The notes under the pieces were generated by a model that had not been told where the DNA came from, did no database searches, and saw only the letters and a list, made by a program, of their open reading frames with translations. From the NCBI GenBank assembly GCA_030602375.1, contig JAUVZV010000001.1:2630-66629 (forward strand): DNA of 64,000 bases, in the 5' to 3' direction. This DNA comes from Chloroflexota bacterium. Its GTDB lineage: Bacteria; Chloroflexota; Dehalococcoidia; Dehalococcoidales; JAUVZV01. Shown here piece after piece: positions 63,096 through 64,000 of this stretch (the first letter of the stretch is position 1; each line of letters starts with the position of its first letter). The translations under genes were made by a program, and so were the position numbers.

Positions 63096-63125
63096 TTGAC
63101 AGCATATAGTCCCAAATAATATAAT
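63096..63125 (+). promoter_or_regulatory. sigma70-type promoter for the abfD-like gene (TTGACA-N18-TATAAT)
   Basis: TTGACA at 63096-101 and TATAAT at 63120-25. Confidence 0.45.
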
Positions 63126-63224
63126 TATATCGAGGGGATTTATTGGTATGGTTTAATTGTCTTTAATCCCTCAATATGTAACCTGTTGGTATAGAATAAA
63201 TTCTGAAGGAGGAAAGTAGAAAGA

Positions 63225-64000
63225 ATGATTACCGGTGAACAATATAAAGAGAGAATTGCCAAACAGAAGCCAAATGTTTACATGGGCGGTAAAATTATTG
63301 ACCGCTTCGACCCAAAGTTGCTTGGCGGAATCTACGTTATGGCGGCAACCTATGACTTGGCCTTTGACCCCGAACTCAAAGACGTGGGGACGGCTATTTC
63401 TCACCTCACCGGTGAGAAGATTAACCGTTTCACCCACATCCATCAGGGTGTGGAAGACCTCCTAAAAAAGCAGAAGATGACCCGCCTTTACTGTCAGGAG
63501 GTTGGCGGTTGTATTCAGCGCTGCATGGGTATTGATGCTTTAAATGCCCTATCAGTTGTTACTTATGAAGCCGACAAGCAGTTTGGCACTAAATATAATG
63601 AGAACTTCATTAACTTCCTAAAGAGGGTGCAGAAGGAAGACCTCTCTTTAAACTGCGCCCAGACAGATGTTAAGGGTAATCGTCCATGGAGACCGCACGA
63701 GCAGAAAGACCCTGACCTTTATCTGCGGGTGGTTGAGAAGAGGCCCGATGGAATTATCGTCAATGGAGCCAAAGCCCATAATTCCTGCTCCACCTATGTT
63801 GATGAGATTATAGTGCTACCTACCCGTAATATGACCGAAGAGGAGACAGACTGGGCAGTAGCCTTTGCGGTGCCTCCAGACTGGGAAGGGATAACCCTGA
63901 TTAATGCCGCCTACTCACCAAATAAACGCAAGAAACTTGAAGCCCCGTACAACAAGATTGGTATGGGGCACTCTGTCACCGTCTTTGACCACGTCCTTAT
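63225..64000 (+). CDS. abfD: 4-hydroxybutyryl-CoA dehydratase/vinylacetyl-CoA isomerase family protein (5' part; runs off the right edge)
   Basis: Not in the ORF track because there is no stop. SD GAAGGAGG precedes ATG 63225. MITGEQYKERI...INRFTHIHQ...GGCIQRCMGIDA (CxxxC Fe-S ligands)...QKDPDLYLRVVEKRPDGIIVNGAKAH closely parallels AbfD as I recall it. Confidence 0.75.
   Translation, partial: MITGEQYKERIAKQKPNVYMGGKIIDRFDPKLLGGIYVMAATYDLAFDPELKDVGTAISHLTGEKINRFTHIHQGVEDLLKKQKMTRLYCQEVGGCIQRCMGIDALNALSVVTYEADKQFGTKYNENFINFLKRVQKEDLSLNCAQTDVKGNRPWRPHEQKDPDLYLRVVEKRPDGIIVNGAKAHNSCSTYVDEIIVLPTRNMTEEETDWAVAFAVPPDWEGITLINAAYSPNKRKKLEAPYNKIGMGHSVTVFDHVL

Noticed and set aside
1-64000. Search for CRISPR arrays, IS elements or transposases, toxin-antitoxin pairs, and retron or DGR-type reverse transcriptases
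   Set aside because: No regularly spaced direct repeats were visible. The ORF track contains no transposase, integrase, reverse transcriptase, Cas-like or classic defence-gene product. Nearly all sequence is accounted for by housekeeping-type genes.

Overview
This 64-kb window reads as an ordinary, densely coding chromosomal region of an anaerobic bacterium. The gene content looks like Chloroflexota/Dehalococcoidia, but that taxonomic guess is a low-confidence inference. I support about 62 CDSs, one cobalamin riboswitch with its terminator, and several sigma70-type promoters, operators and terminators. I saw no rRNA, tRNA, CRISPR array, IS element or prophage.

Gene content from left to right:
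- 1-5757, minus strand: a type IV pilus-like operon with no secretin gene (pilB, pilC, three pilin-like genes, a pilO-like gene, pilM).
- 6161-7144: a small HTH gene followed by an orphan OmpR-type response regulator.
- 7331-9883: a secreted alpha/beta hydrolase and an M50/CBS protein that lacks HExxH.
- 10124-19710: an MFS transporter, a MetH-activation-domain protein, an RNase J-like protein, xth, a flavin reductase, then iorAB, an aminotransferase and a PaaI thioesterase.
- 20025-28433: a Liv-type ABC uptake operon with two embedded acyl/aryl-CoA ligases.
- 28540-29765: a Fur-family regulator with an operator, plus a membrane protein.
- 29783-32363: a second MFS paralog, a GYD protein and DegV.
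- 32869-36185: proXVW (glycine betaine-type ABC transporter).
- 36243-44243: a GlcG-like protein, pyk, a hydrolase, a thiolase, a radical SAM protein, GGCT, a DUF1614-like protein and an ABC-2 exporter.
- 44289-47843: btuFCD-like genes under the cobalamin riboswitch.
- 48044-54102: a DUF5679-like mini-protein, a LonC-type protease, an EthD-like protein, a C_GCAxxG_C_C protein, rubrerythrin and an IlvD-family dehydratase.
- 54129-63013, minus strand: a 10-gene operon (rrf2, thiF/moeB-like, cysE, nifS, MOSC, fdhD, mocA, coxM/S/L-like).
- 63225-64000: a partial abfD-like gene, divergent from the rrf2 operon.

Most noteworthy observations:
1. The 10-gene operon couples sulfur mobilisation and molybdenum-cofactor (Moco) maturation to an XDH-family enzyme, using FdhD and MOSC with no XdhC-type chaperone in the window.
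2. Three genes (a pseudopilin, pilC and degV) have conserved N-termini that lie upstream of any ATG/GTG/TTG, which would imply ATC/ATA/ATT initiation.
3. The M50 site-2-protease homolog lacks both zinc-binding histidines.
4. The BtuD-like ATPase carries an extra C-terminal domain of about 150 aa.
5. The 5' end of proV contains a decayed 120-bp in-frame tandem duplication.
6. Two long structured leaders (19730-20024 and 32535-32868) match no riboswitch class I recognise.

I cannot point to a clear defence-type or otherwise obviously novel multi-gene system. All family assignments come from reading motifs by eye, not from database searches.
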